Source of the DNA: an uncultured Gemmatimonadales bacterium
GTDB taxonomy: Bacteria > Gemmatimonadota > Gemmatimonadetes > Longimicrobiales > RSA9
Direction: 5' to 3'
NCBI GenBank assembly: GCA_963798085.1
Contig: CAWCRS010000007.1
Span: forward strand, 503,612-567,611
DNA: 64,000 bases
The notes under the pieces were generated by a model that had not been told where the DNA came from, did no database searches, and was given only the letters and a program-made list of their open reading frames with translations. Shown here piece by piece: positions 36,386 to 45,427 of the stretch. Within the stretch, counting starts at the first letter, position 1, and every line of letters starts with the position of its first letter. A program made the position numbers and the translations under genes.

Positions 36386-37609
36386 TCAGCCCAGCAGCGC
36401 GAGGTCGGTCTGCTGCTTGAGGTTCGTGTAGCTGGGGTACGATGCGGGTGGTGAGTCGGGCAGCCACAGCGTGAACGTGGAGCCAATGCCGGCGCGCGTC
36501 TCGAGCGTCAGCTCCCCGCCCAGCAGTCGGGCAATGCGCCGCGCAATGGCCAGACGGAAGCCAGGCCGCTCACCGCGCCGCTCGACCCGGTAGACCTCCT
36601 CGAAAATCAGGTCGTGGTCGCCCACGCCGGGTCCCGTATCCGTGATGGACAGGCACAGGTAGCGCGCCGGATCGGAACGACGACGGCCGGGCCGCATATC
36701 GCCACGCACGCGGATGTTGCCGCCTACCGGCGTGTAGCGGAATGCATTGCTCAGCAGCGTGTCCAGCACCTGTCGCACGAAGTCCATGTCCGTGACGATC
36801 GTCGGCAGATCTTCGGGCACCGCCACGTCGACTTCGATGCCGATGGTGCCGACGGTGAGCTGGAAATCGCGCACGATGCCGCGCAGCACCATGCCCAGAT
36901 TCGTGGGCTCGGGGCGCAGGGTGAGGTTGCCCGTGTCGATGCGCGACAGCTGCACGAGGTCGTTGATGATGTGGACCACGGTCTCGATGCTCTGGCGACT
37001 GCGATCGATGTAACGCTTCTCGCGCTCGTTCAGCTCGCCTTCCGTGTCCAGCAGCTGCACGTACTCCGCCGCCGCGCCGAGGCGGTCCTTCAGATCCTCG
37101 CCCACACCCGAGATGAGGCGGTACTTGTCCTCCACCATGCGCCTCGCCTCATCGCGCGTTTCGCGCAGCTCGGTGTTCAGCGAAGTGCGCACGAGAGCCA
37201 GCGTAGCGACCGTGGCGAGGTCGCTCAGACGCTCGAGCGTGGCCGCGTCGACGGGCGGTGAGGTCGGCCGGCGGAACAGCACGATGTTGCCGATACGTTC
37301 GTGCCGGCGACCCAGCGCGATGGTGATGCGGGTGGCTTGCTCGAGGTCGGCGTTGATGGCGTCCGCACTGCCGGGCGGACCGGCGGAGACGATAACCGTG
37401 CCCAGGCCTTCGGCCCCCTGCAGCCGCTCGATGTGCACGGCCAGCGAGTCCGTCACGGTGCGCACACTCTCCGCCACATTGCGCAGCACCATGAGGCCAT
37501 CCTCGTCCCCCGCCATGCGGCGGACGAGCGTACGCATCTCGTCCAGCCGGGAGCGGAGTACGGCTTCGCTGTCCGTCATCGGAGGAAAGTCCGGAGCATG
37601 CTGCTTCAC
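36386..37609 (-). CDS. cytoplasmic histidine-kinase-like protein with degenerate H-box and G2 box
   Basis: HATPase N-box LDTLLSNAFRY and G1 ITDTGPGV are present. The H-box position reads RLISGVGEDLKDRL (no His), and G2 reads RPGFRLAI. The start is GTG 37609 or ATG 37579. Confidence 0.7.
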   Translation of the reverse strand: MKQHAPDFPPMTDSEAVLRSRLDEMRTLVRRMAGDEDGLMVLRNVAESVRTVTDSLAVHIERLQGAEGLGTVIVSAGPPGSADAINADLEQATRITIALGRRHERIGNIVLFRRPTSPPVDAATLERLSDLATVATLALVRTSLNTELRETRDEARRMVEDKYRLISGVGEDLKDRLGAAAEYVQLLDTEGELNEREKRYIDRSRQSIETVVHIINDLVQLSRIDTGNLTLRPEPTNLGMVLRGIVRDFQLTVGTIGIEVDVAVPEDLPTIVTDMDFVRQVLDTLLSNAFRYTPVGGNIRVRGDMRPGRRRSDPARYLCLSITDTGPGVGDHDLIFEEVYRVERRGERPGFRLAIARRIARLLGGELTLETRAGIGSTFTLWLPDSPPASYPSYTNLKQQTDLALLG

Positions 37610-37992
37610 CGGGGGACCCTACCTGTCAGGATCGAACGACACACGTCAGATCGTGGAGTTGCACTGCTCGTGCCAGATCGAGCGAGTGGGGCGTGGCTTC
37701 GTGTCAAGGGCCTCACGCGCGGGCGCATGGCGTGGTAACGGGCGCGCTCCCGTGACACACCCGCGTTACGAGGTGGACAGGCTGTACCGGGCGCGTAAGA
37801 TAGTGCCTGTGCCCGGGAAAAAGTAGCGGCGTCCGCGAGCGCAGCCGAACCCCCGGTCCGCAGCCCCCGGTTACGCGCCGGTGACGTTGACAGGAAGCGT
37901 CGCATGACGACAGGTTGTGGCGGCATGATCAGAGGCCCAGGGCGAGGCATCCGGAGCAGCAGAGCGGAGGGCTCCGGTCCGGACTGCACAGC

Positions 37993-40531
37993 ATGGTGAG
38001 CCTCCTTCCTCCCGGCGCGCCAGCTGCCGCGGCGACGCAGAGTGTCGCTGTGATTCTCGGACACGGTTCCGAAGAAGCCTTCGATCGACTGACGCGACTC
38101 GCGACGCTCGCGCTGCGCGTTCCGCTCGCGGTCGTCTCGCTCATCACCGATGGACGTCTGCTGCTGAAGAGTCAGGTCGGCATGCCCGAGCCATGGGCCA
38201 CCGACCGGGATGTGCCGCTGCCCCACGCGATTTTCCGTCATGCCGTCGCTACCAGCAAACCATTCGTGGTGGAGGACACGGCGCGTCATCCGCTCACGCG
38301 CGACATGCTGCTGGGAGAGGAGTGGGCGCACGCAGCCTACTGCGGGATTCCGCTGATGCAGGAGGGCCGCCGCGCTGTCGGCGTCCTCTCGGTAATGGAT
38401 CGCAAGCCTCGCACGTGGACGCCGCGCGAGATCAGCTTCCTCCAGGATCTCGCCGCATCCGCCGCCGAAGCGGTACAGGAGCGCATGCGTCCGTCCTTGC
38501 CGATCGAGCCGGAAACGGTGGAAGTCACCACCAGCGTGACCGACGCGATTGTCGGCCTCGACAGCGAATGGCGAGTGACGGCTGTGAACGCGCGCGCCGA
38601 AGACATCCTCGGACGCGCTGCCGGCTCCATCATTGGACTGCCCCTGCTCGAGGTTTTCCCCAGCCTGGATGGGAGCATCTTCCAGCAGGAATGGCGCCGG
38701 GCACTCGCGCAACAGGCCACCATCGAGCTGGAGGCCCACTGCGACACACTGGGCCGCTGGCTGGAAACACGCGCCTGGCCCGCGCAGGGCGGCCTCGCGA
38801 TTCAGCTGCGCGACGTGTCCGCGCGCCGCAATGCCGAGGACGCACTGCGTCAGAGCGAGGCGAGGTATCGCAGCGTCTTCCAGGAAGCACGCGATCCGAT
38901 GTTCTTTACCTCACCAGACGGCACCATCATCGAATGCAATCGCTCCGCGATCGAGCTGCTCGGGCACACCCGTGACGATCTGTTCCGCCAGCGCTTCGAG
39001 GATCTGGTCGCTGATTCTGCGGCACGCGAAGAACTCGAGAAGGAGCTGAAGTCGAAGGGCGAAGTCGCGGATTTCGAAGCGCAGCTGCGTACCAGCACGG
39101 GCGGCCGGCTGGACACACTGATCTCGATATCGTCGCGCCAGAGCTCGAACCAAGAGCCGGCCGGTTTCCGCGTTTCCGTGCGCGACAACACCGAACGCAA
39201 ACAGCTGGCGCGCCAGCTGCTGCAGAACGCCTTCCACGACCCGCTGACCGGCCTGGCCAACCGCGCGGTGTTCCTGGACCGCCTCGATCGGCTCTATATG
39301 CAGGCGCAGCGCCGGGCCGGCTATCGCTTCGCCGTGCTGTTCATCGATCTCGACCGCTTCAAGATGGTGAACGACACGTTCGGTCACATTGCCGGCGATG
39401 AGCTGCTCACCACCGTGGCCCGCCGGCTCGAGGGATGCCTGCGGCAGGAAGACAGCGTGTCGCGCTTCGGCGGCGACGAGTTCGGCATCCTGCTGGACGG
39501 CGTACAGGATGTGCGCGACACGACGCGCATCGCGGAACGCATCAACAACGAGCTGGGCATGCCCATGCGTCTCGGCCCGCGCGAAGTCGCGTGCTCCGCC
39601 AGTATCGGCATTGCCATCAGCAGTGAAGGCCACGAGCGGGCCGAGCAGGTGTTGAGCGACGCCGACGCCGCAATGTACCGGGCGAAATCCAGCGGCGGCG
39701 CCCGTTATGAAGTGTTCGACACCGAGATGCACGTGCGCGCGCTGGCGCAGCTCCGGCTGGAGTCCGATCTGCACCGGGCCGTGCGTGAAGGCGAATTCCT
39801 CGTACACTATCAGCCTGTCATATCGGTGGACGCCGGATTCATTGCCGGCTTCGAAGCGCTGCTGCGCTGGCGCCACCCGGAACGCGGCCTGCTGCACCCT
39901 TCCGAGTTCGTCGCCATCGCGGAACAGACGGGCCTGGTGAGCGACATGGGCTGGTTCGTGCTGGAGCGCGTCGCCGAACAGATCAACGAGTGGAAGGACG
40001 TCGCGCGTCCCGCCCATGCTGCAGCTGGGCGTGGGCCTCAACCTCTCGCCCCGCCAGTTCCGCCATCCGGATCTCATGCGCCACATCGATCAGGCGCTGC
40101 AGGACGGGACGCTCGAAGGACGCTACCTGCGCATCGAAGTGACCGAAGACACGCTGATGGAGGATGCCGACTTCGCCTTCGATGTGCTGGCACGCCTGCA
40201 GGAGCGTGGCGTGGGCGTGAGCATCGACAATTTCGGCACCGGCTTCTCCTCACTGCGCTACCTGCAGCGGTTGCCCATCGCCGCACTCAAGATCGACCGC
40301 ACCTTCCTGCGCGCGCTGGATCGTGATCCCTACAACCGCGGTGTGGTCGAGAGCATCGTGGCACTGGGCCGGTGCATGGGCATCGACGTGGTCGCGCAGG
40401 GCGTGGAAAACCTCGAGCAGCTGGCCGAGCTGCGTCGCATGGGCGCGCGCTACGCACAAGGCTACCTCTTCTCCGAACCCCTCGACCCCGACTCCGCCAC
40501 CGACCTCGTCCTCGAAGGCCTCCGCGACTAG
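37993..40531 (+). pseudogene. GAF-PAS-PAS-GGDEF-EAL signalling protein, frame broken by one extra base near 40013-40015
   Basis: GGDEF RFGGDEFGILL. EAL start GFEALLRWRHPERGLL in ORF 37915-40326. The remainder of the EAL domain (LNLSPRQF, DNFGTGFSSLRYL, LKIDRTF, AQGVE, AQGYLFS) is in ORF 40016-40531. Confidence 0.85.
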
Positions 40532-40607
40532 GCTCTCCACCGCAATGCGCGCAGGTGGCCGCGGAGGCCGAGGCTTCTTCTGCCGAAACGGTGCTCAGAG
40601 ACGAAAG

Positions 40608-40641
40608 GGGGCCGGTATCGCGAGACGCGGATGCCGGCCCC
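40608..40641. terminator. stem-loop between convergent EAL and lipocalin-like genes
   Basis: ggggccggtatcgcg-aga-cgcggatgccggcccc: 8 perfect outer pairs plus an imperfect inner stem. Confidence 0.45.
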
Positions 40642-40668
40642 GGTTGGCTTCGTCGAGCACGGATTACG

Positions 40669-41154
40669 TCATTCCATGCGCGTCAGCTTGATCGTGACCG
40701 GCGTGCTCACCGGACCATGCTCGGTGGTCAGCATTCTCACCATCAGGGTATTGCCGGACAGCTCGTACGCATTGACCGCGTACGCACCTGGCGTCATGGC
40801 CGACGGATTCATGGCTACTGTCGGTCGCAGCGTAATCCGCTTTCCGTCGATCGCATACGTGCCGGCCTCGCCGTAGAAGGCGCCCCATGCGGCCCTCAAT
40901 TCATCGGCACTCGCGGTAGCACTGTTCGAGAGCAGCGGGCGAGGCCGCTCGGCATGCTCCTCCGTGCGGCTGTAGTACTTCTCCGTGACGATCAGAAGCC
41001 CCGCCTGCGGATGGCGAATCACACGGCTTGCGGAGTCACCCGTGGTGACCTCGACGACCTGCCAGACCCCCTGCAGCGATGGCGTCTTCCATCGGGCTGC
41101 ACTGCCAGCCAGGACCAGCACCATGCACAGCAACACACCGAGTGCGCGCTTCAC
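40669..41154 (-). CDS. secreted lipocalin-like small protein (161 aa), function unknown
   Basis: Signal peptide MKRALGVLLCMVLVLAGSAA; LQGVWQVVEV... strand pattern; GTG start. Confidence 0.5.
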   Translation of the reverse strand: MKRALGVLLCMVLVLAGSAARWKTPSLQGVWQVVEVTTGDSASRVIRHPQAGLLIVTEKYYSRTEEHAERPRPLLSNSATASADELRAAWGAFYGEAGTYAIDGKRITLRPTVAMNPSAMTPGAYAVNAYELSGNTLMVRMLTTEHGPVSTPVTIKLTRME

Positions 41155-41219
41155 AGGACACCTCTCTTTCTCTGGGGTTGCCCCCGGTCACGGTGTGACC
41201 CTAAGATGGGGGTCGACCA

Positions 41220-41248
41220 TATCGAATAATGTCATGCTGTATTCGATA
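41220..41248. promoter_or_regulatory. perfect 9-bp inverted repeat, candidate TetR operator
   Basis: TATCGAATA, 11 nt, TATTCGATA. It lies in the 114-bp AT-richer divergent gap between 41154 and 41269. Confidence 0.55.
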
Positions 41249-41268
41249 CAGTGAAGCTACGATCAAAT

Positions 41269-41937
41269 ATGGGGAAAGTCAAGAAACCCGTGGCCCGGGC
41301 CCGCCGCGGCAAGCGCGCCTACGACTCGACGCGGCGCCAGCAGCAGGCGGAGGCGACTCGCCGCGAGATCGTCGAGGCGGCGAGCCGTCTGTTCACGGAA
41401 CACGGGTATGCCGGAACGACCATAGCGGCCATTGCGCGCGCTGCGGGTGTGGCGCCGGAAACCGTGTATGCGGCCTTCGGCAACAAGCGAGCGATACTGG
41501 CACGCGTCGTGGGCGTTCTGGTGGTGGGCGATCACGAGCGGGTCCCGCTGGGCGATCGCCCCTCGGTGCTGGCCATCGTTCAGGAGCCCGACCAGCGGCG
41601 GAAGATCGAGTTGCTGGCGAAGATGATGCGCGTGGTGCACGAACGCGTGGGCCCGGTGTGGCGCATGATGCGTGCGGCGGAACCGCAGGATCCCGACATC
41701 GCGGCGCTCGTGCAGGATGGGCTCAAGGGGCGTCACCTGGGTATGTCCCAGTTCGTCGTAGCACTGCACAGTCACGGGCCCTTGCGCCAGGGTATGACCA
41801 TGTCGGTCGCGAGCGAGACGGTGTGGGCCATCGGCAGTGCCGAAGTGCATCGACTGCTGACGGTGGACCGCGGCTGGTCCGGCGAGAAGTACGAAGCGTG
41901 GCTGTCGGATGTGCTCGCCAGGGTTCTGCTTCCATGA
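41269..41937 (+). CDS. TetR/AcrR family transcriptional regulator
   Basis: TRREIVEAASRLFTEHGYAGTTIAAIARAAGVAPETVYAAFGNK HTH. ATG at 41269 (or GTG at 41251). Confidence 0.85.
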   Translation: MGKVKKPVARARRGKRAYDSTRRQQQAEATRREIVEAASRLFTEHGYAGTTIAAIARAAGVAPETVYAAFGNKRAILARVVGVLVVGDHERVPLGDRPSVLAIVQEPDQRRKIELLAKMMRVVHERVGPVWRMMRAAEPQDPDIAALVQDGLKGRHLGMSQFVVALHSHGPLRQGMTMSVASETVWAIGSAEVHRLLTVDRGWSGEKYEAWLSDVLARVLLP

Positions 41938-42008
41938 CGGCTCGTGTGCCAGACGGTGGGATCTGCATGCTGGGCACCAGGCTCGCCATTTGCACGTCGG
42001 CGCGACTT

Positions 42009-42049
42009 CTTCTAACAATCCGTTAGAACAACCTCGGGCCCCGGCCCGA
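42009..42049. terminator. two adjacent perfect 7-bp hairpins in the convergent gap
   Basis: ttctaac-aatcc-gttagaa (42009-42027) and ctcgggc-cccg-gcccgag (42032-42049). The second resembles the G-tract element family. Confidence 0.4.
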
Positions 42050-42150
42050 GCCGCTGGCAGGCGGTGCGTGAGCACGGAAGGAACCGGTGGATTCGACCTG
42101 CTGCCAGGGGGCGCCCGGGCCCTTGCGCGTCCGCTCCCTCCGGGGTGGCG

Positions 42151-43476
42151 TCAGCTGGTGGGGACGAGGCGAGTGAGGGAGACGGCAAGGAGGAGGGCGA
42201 TGCGGGTGGCGGGCAGTGCGCTGTTGATGTCGGACCATTCCTTGAGGGTGTGCTGGTCGCCGCCCTGCGAGCGGCCGATGGAGATGGAGGGAATGCCGCG
42301 CACCACGCCCATGTTCGCATCGGTTGAGCCGGTGGGCAGTGCGCTCGAATGGATGCCGACGAATTCGTGGATGTCGAGCGCTGTCTGCACCAGCGGGTGC
42401 GCTCGCCTGTCGCGCAGCCCGTCGGCGGTGCCGCCGGCATCATTGTGCTGCACGACCTCTTTCGACCAGTCCACCTGGTTGCGCTGGGCGGCCTGCGCCA
42501 CGCGACGGTCGATCTCGTGGTCGAGCGAGTCCAGCAGCACGGGATTCACCGAGCGCAGATCCATCGTGAACGAAACGTCCTCCGGAATGGCGTTGAATAC
42601 CTTGCCGCCCGCCAGCATGCCCACGTTGTAGACCGCGCCGCCACGGCCGTCGGGAATGCGGATCCCGTAGATCGATGTGATGGCGTCGGCGAGCGCGCGC
42701 GCCGGGTGCGGCTTTCCCGCGGAGGTATTCGTGTGCGAGCCTTCGCCGGTGAAATGGTAACGGCTCCAGTAGATGCCCAGCGCGCCATAGTCGACGGCCG
42801 GCAGCCCGCCATCCAGCGCGATCAGCATGTCTGCCACGTGCGGGTTGGTGCGCAGCCAGTAGTCCATGCCGCGCAGTCCCAGCTCTTCCTGGACCGTGAA
42901 CAGGAAGATGATGTCGCCGCGCGTGCGCACGCCCGCCGCCCCGAGCGCTCGCGCCACAGCCAGCAGATTCGCGACGGAGGCGCTGTTGTCGAAGATGCCG
43001 GGCGCCCGCAGGATCCCGCCGTCGCGGTGGACCGTGACATCCGTGTCGAGCGGGTGCACCGTGTCCATGTGCGCCGCGAACACCACCGTCTCGCCACCGC
43101 CTTCGCCCTTGCGCCGCGCAAAGACATTGCCCACGGAATCACTCTGCACGCTGAGCCCCAGCGCCTCGAGTTGCGCGCGGATGTAGGCCGCTCTCGCCTG
43201 CTCGTGCTCCGACTTGGCCGGTATCTGTGTGATACGGATCCACTCGTCGACGTGCTGCGGGAAATTCGTCTCCAGCCACTGCAGTGCATCGCGCACTACC
43301 GGCTGTTGCGCCAGCGCCGGCGAGAAGCGCGTCGGATAAGCCCCGCCACTCTGCGCCCTCACGCCCGCTGCTCCACACAACAGGAGCAGCGCACACACTT
43401 TCACCGCGGAGAACGCGGCCGGCGCGGAGAGGACACGCGCGTGCCTCGTACACTGACGCTCATTCAGGTTCATCAT
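42151..43476 (-). CDS. secreted clan-MH zinc metallopeptidase (M20/M28 type)
   Basis: Signal peptide; AAHMDTVHP, PGIFDNSASVANLLAVARAL, FTVQEELGLRG metal-ligand blocks. Confidence 0.75.
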   Translation of the reverse strand: MMNLNERQCTRHARVLSAPAAFSAVKVCALLLLCGAAGVRAQSGGAYPTRFSPALAQQPVVRDALQWLETNFPQHVDEWIRITQIPAKSEHEQARAAYIRAQLEALGLSVQSDSVGNVFARRKGEGGGETVVFAAHMDTVHPLDTDVTVHRDGGILRAPGIFDNSASVANLLAVARALGAAGVRTRGDIIFLFTVQEELGLRGMDYWLRTNPHVADMLIALDGGLPAVDYGALGIYWSRYHFTGEGSHTNTSAGKPHPARALADAITSIYGIRIPDGRGGAVYNVGMLAGGKVFNAIPEDVSFTMDLRSVNPVLLDSLDHEIDRRVAQAAQRNQVDWSKEVVQHNDAGGTADGLRDRRAHPLVQTALDIHEFVGIHSSALPTGSTDANMGVVRGIPSISIGRSQGGDQHTLKEWSDINSALPATRIALLLAVSLTRLVPTS

Positions 43477-43555
43477 CGGGGTTCAACGGATGAAGAAAGT
43501 CCACCCGCGCGCCTGGTTTCTCTCGCGCCGCTCGCACCCTCCACAGTGGACATAC

Positions 43556-45289
43556 CTATGTGTGAGGTTTGTCGAGTGAGGGTCGGGTGTCGCGGTTGCC
43601 CAGCTCGAGCATCAGGTCGCGGATGTAGTTCGTGATGCGTGCGTAGTGCGGATAATCGATATACTGCGCCTCGTCCGTCACCTGGTGGTAGTCCTGGTGC
43701 AGGCCGGTGAAGAAGAAGGCGATGGGGATGTTGTAGCGCGCGTAGTTGGCGTGGTCGCTGCGGCCGTAAATGTTGTTGTAGCCCGGCCAGGTAGTGGCTT
43801 CATCGAAGCGGTAATCCAGGTCGAGCGGTTTCTGCTCGTGCTGGTTGACGGCGGCGACGATGTTGCCGAGGTCGGTGGAGAGACGCTTCGAGCCGACCAC
43901 GCCCAGATAGTCGGGGCCGGCGCCCGGCATGTCGCCCGTGCGGCCGCGGCCGATCATGTCGATGTTGATCTGCGTAACAATGGAGTCGCGCGGCACTGTG
44001 GGGTGATCGGTGAACCAGCGCGAACCGCGCAGTCCGCCCTCTTCACCCGTATGCCAGACGAAGAGAATGGAGCGCCGCGGTTTCACGGGTGCGAGTGCCA
44101 GTGCTTCCGCGATTTCGAGGACCGCCATCGAGCCCGAGCCATCATCATCGGCGCCGTTGCGGATGGAGTCGCGACGCGCCGGCCGGATGCGCCGCAGGCT
44201 GTCCACGTTCACCGTGATGGAGGCGCGTTCATCGGGCGTCAGCGCACGCAGATCGCCGCCGGCCATTTCCATGCGCAGCACCGCGCTGTTGAAGGCGCGC
44301 AGGGAATCGTGATCGACGGGCGTCGCATTGTATCCGATGTGATCATTGTGCGCGCCAATGGCGACGTATTCGCCGGCCAGTGCGGGATCGCGACCCCGGA
44401 TGATGCCGACCACGTTGCGACCCCAGTCCGGGACGGGCGTCTCCACGTAATCGAGGTGTGCCGTGACCGTGCCGCCGGTCGCGCCGGGAGCCAGGCCGTC
44501 GGCAGACCGGCCCAGCAGCTGGGCCGCGGCTTCCGGCGTGATGCGCAGCGTGGCTCGGCTCGGGCCGGAAGGCGGTGGGTTGGCCGCGTCCGGATCCTCG
44601 AACGTCGCCTGCGTGTCGTTCAGGAAAGCGCGCTCCGACGGCGACAGGTTCTGCAGGTCGATGGTCGCCAGGGCCACGGCATCGGCGAAAGGATCCGGTG
44701 CGCCGCCACCACGACCGCCGCGGCCTCGCCCGCCAAATCCGCGACCCGCATCCGGCGAAGCGGAGAGCACGACGAACTTGCCGGCAGCCTGCTCAGCCGT
44801 GATGTGGCGCGTGCTGTCACCGGCCGTGCCGCCATAGATGACCGGCACGCCTTCCAGCGAGCGCGGCGCCGTGCGGCCGGGAACCGCCACGAAGTCCGTC
44901 AGCCAGCGCAGGGCGCGGCCGTTCACCGTCATTGTCGACTTCGGCGTGTACCTGTGCTGCACGTAGGGCAGCGTCTGGAAATAGGTGCCGTTCTCACCCG
45001 CAGGGGTGATGCCCAGCCGTTTCAGCTCGCGCGCGATGTAGGCAGTGCCGCGCATATTGGCCTCGCGGCCCACCTGCCGGCCCAGCATCGAGTCGTCGGA
45101 AAAAATGTAAAGACGTGTTTGCAGATCCGCGACCGTGATCGCGGCCGTCGTGGGCCGCGGCGCGTGCTTGAGCGGATTGCCGAACTCGTTCAGCTGCGCC
45201 TGCGCGTGCAGCGGCGCATGCAGAACGGCGGCATACAGCAATGCCGAGAGTGGTACCGCGCGCCGAACCCGCCTGCGGAATTCAAACAT
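43556..45289 (-). CDS. secreted M28-family aminopeptidase
   Basis: ATG at 45289 gives MFEFRRRVRRAVPLSALLYAAVLHAPLHAQA. GAHNDHIG, GADDDGSGSMAVLEIAEAL, WHTGEEGGLRGSRWF, HQDYH. Confidence 0.85.
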   Translation of the reverse strand: MFEFRRRVRRAVPLSALLYAAVLHAPLHAQAQLNEFGNPLKHAPRPTTAAITVADLQTRLYIFSDDSMLGRQVGREANMRGTAYIARELKRLGITPAGENGTYFQTLPYVQHRYTPKSTMTVNGRALRWLTDFVAVPGRTAPRSLEGVPVIYGGTAGDSTRHITAEQAAGKFVVLSASPDAGRGFGGRGRGGRGGGAPDPFADAVALATIDLQNLSPSERAFLNDTQATFEDPDAANPPPSGPSRATLRITPEAAAQLLGRSADGLAPGATGGTVTAHLDYVETPVPDWGRNVVGIIRGRDPALAGEYVAIGAHNDHIGYNATPVDHDSLRAFNSAVLRMEMAGGDLRALTPDERASITVNVDSLRRIRPARRDSIRNGADDDGSGSMAVLEIAEALALAPVKPRRSILFVWHTGEEGGLRGSRWFTDHPTVPRDSIVTQINIDMIGRGRTGDMPGAGPDYLGVVGSKRLSTDLGNIVAAVNQHEQKPLDLDYRFDEATTWPGYNNIYGRSDHANYARYNIPIAFFFTGLHQDYHQVTDEAQYIDYPHYARITNYIRDLMLELGNRDTRPSLDKPHT

Positions 45290-45427
45290 GAGGTTTTCCG
45301 GCCTGAAGGTGTGCGCATCGCCCGCCCGATCCGCGCCATCGTGCGTGGATGGTCGCGATCCCGGCAGGAGGACCGGCGGAAAGGTGGCGAACCGCAGGCC
45401 GCGGCGCAAAGTACGGCGCCTGCCCGG

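Noticed and set aside
37582-37880. RNase P RNA (rnpB). The plus strand carries GGAGGAAAGTCCGG (37581-37594), matching the universally conserved CR-I/P4 strand. It also carries CAGCCCCCGGTTA about 278 nt downstream, resembling the P4 3' strand.
   Set aside because: CR-I must be preceded by helices P1-P3 (at least 60 nt), but that space is occupied on the opposite strand by well-supported coding sequence (MTDSEAVLRSRLDEM...). I also could not find the other conserved modules (GGUAAGGGUGAAAGGGUG-type J11/12, L15). A cmsearch with RF00010 would settle it cheaply.
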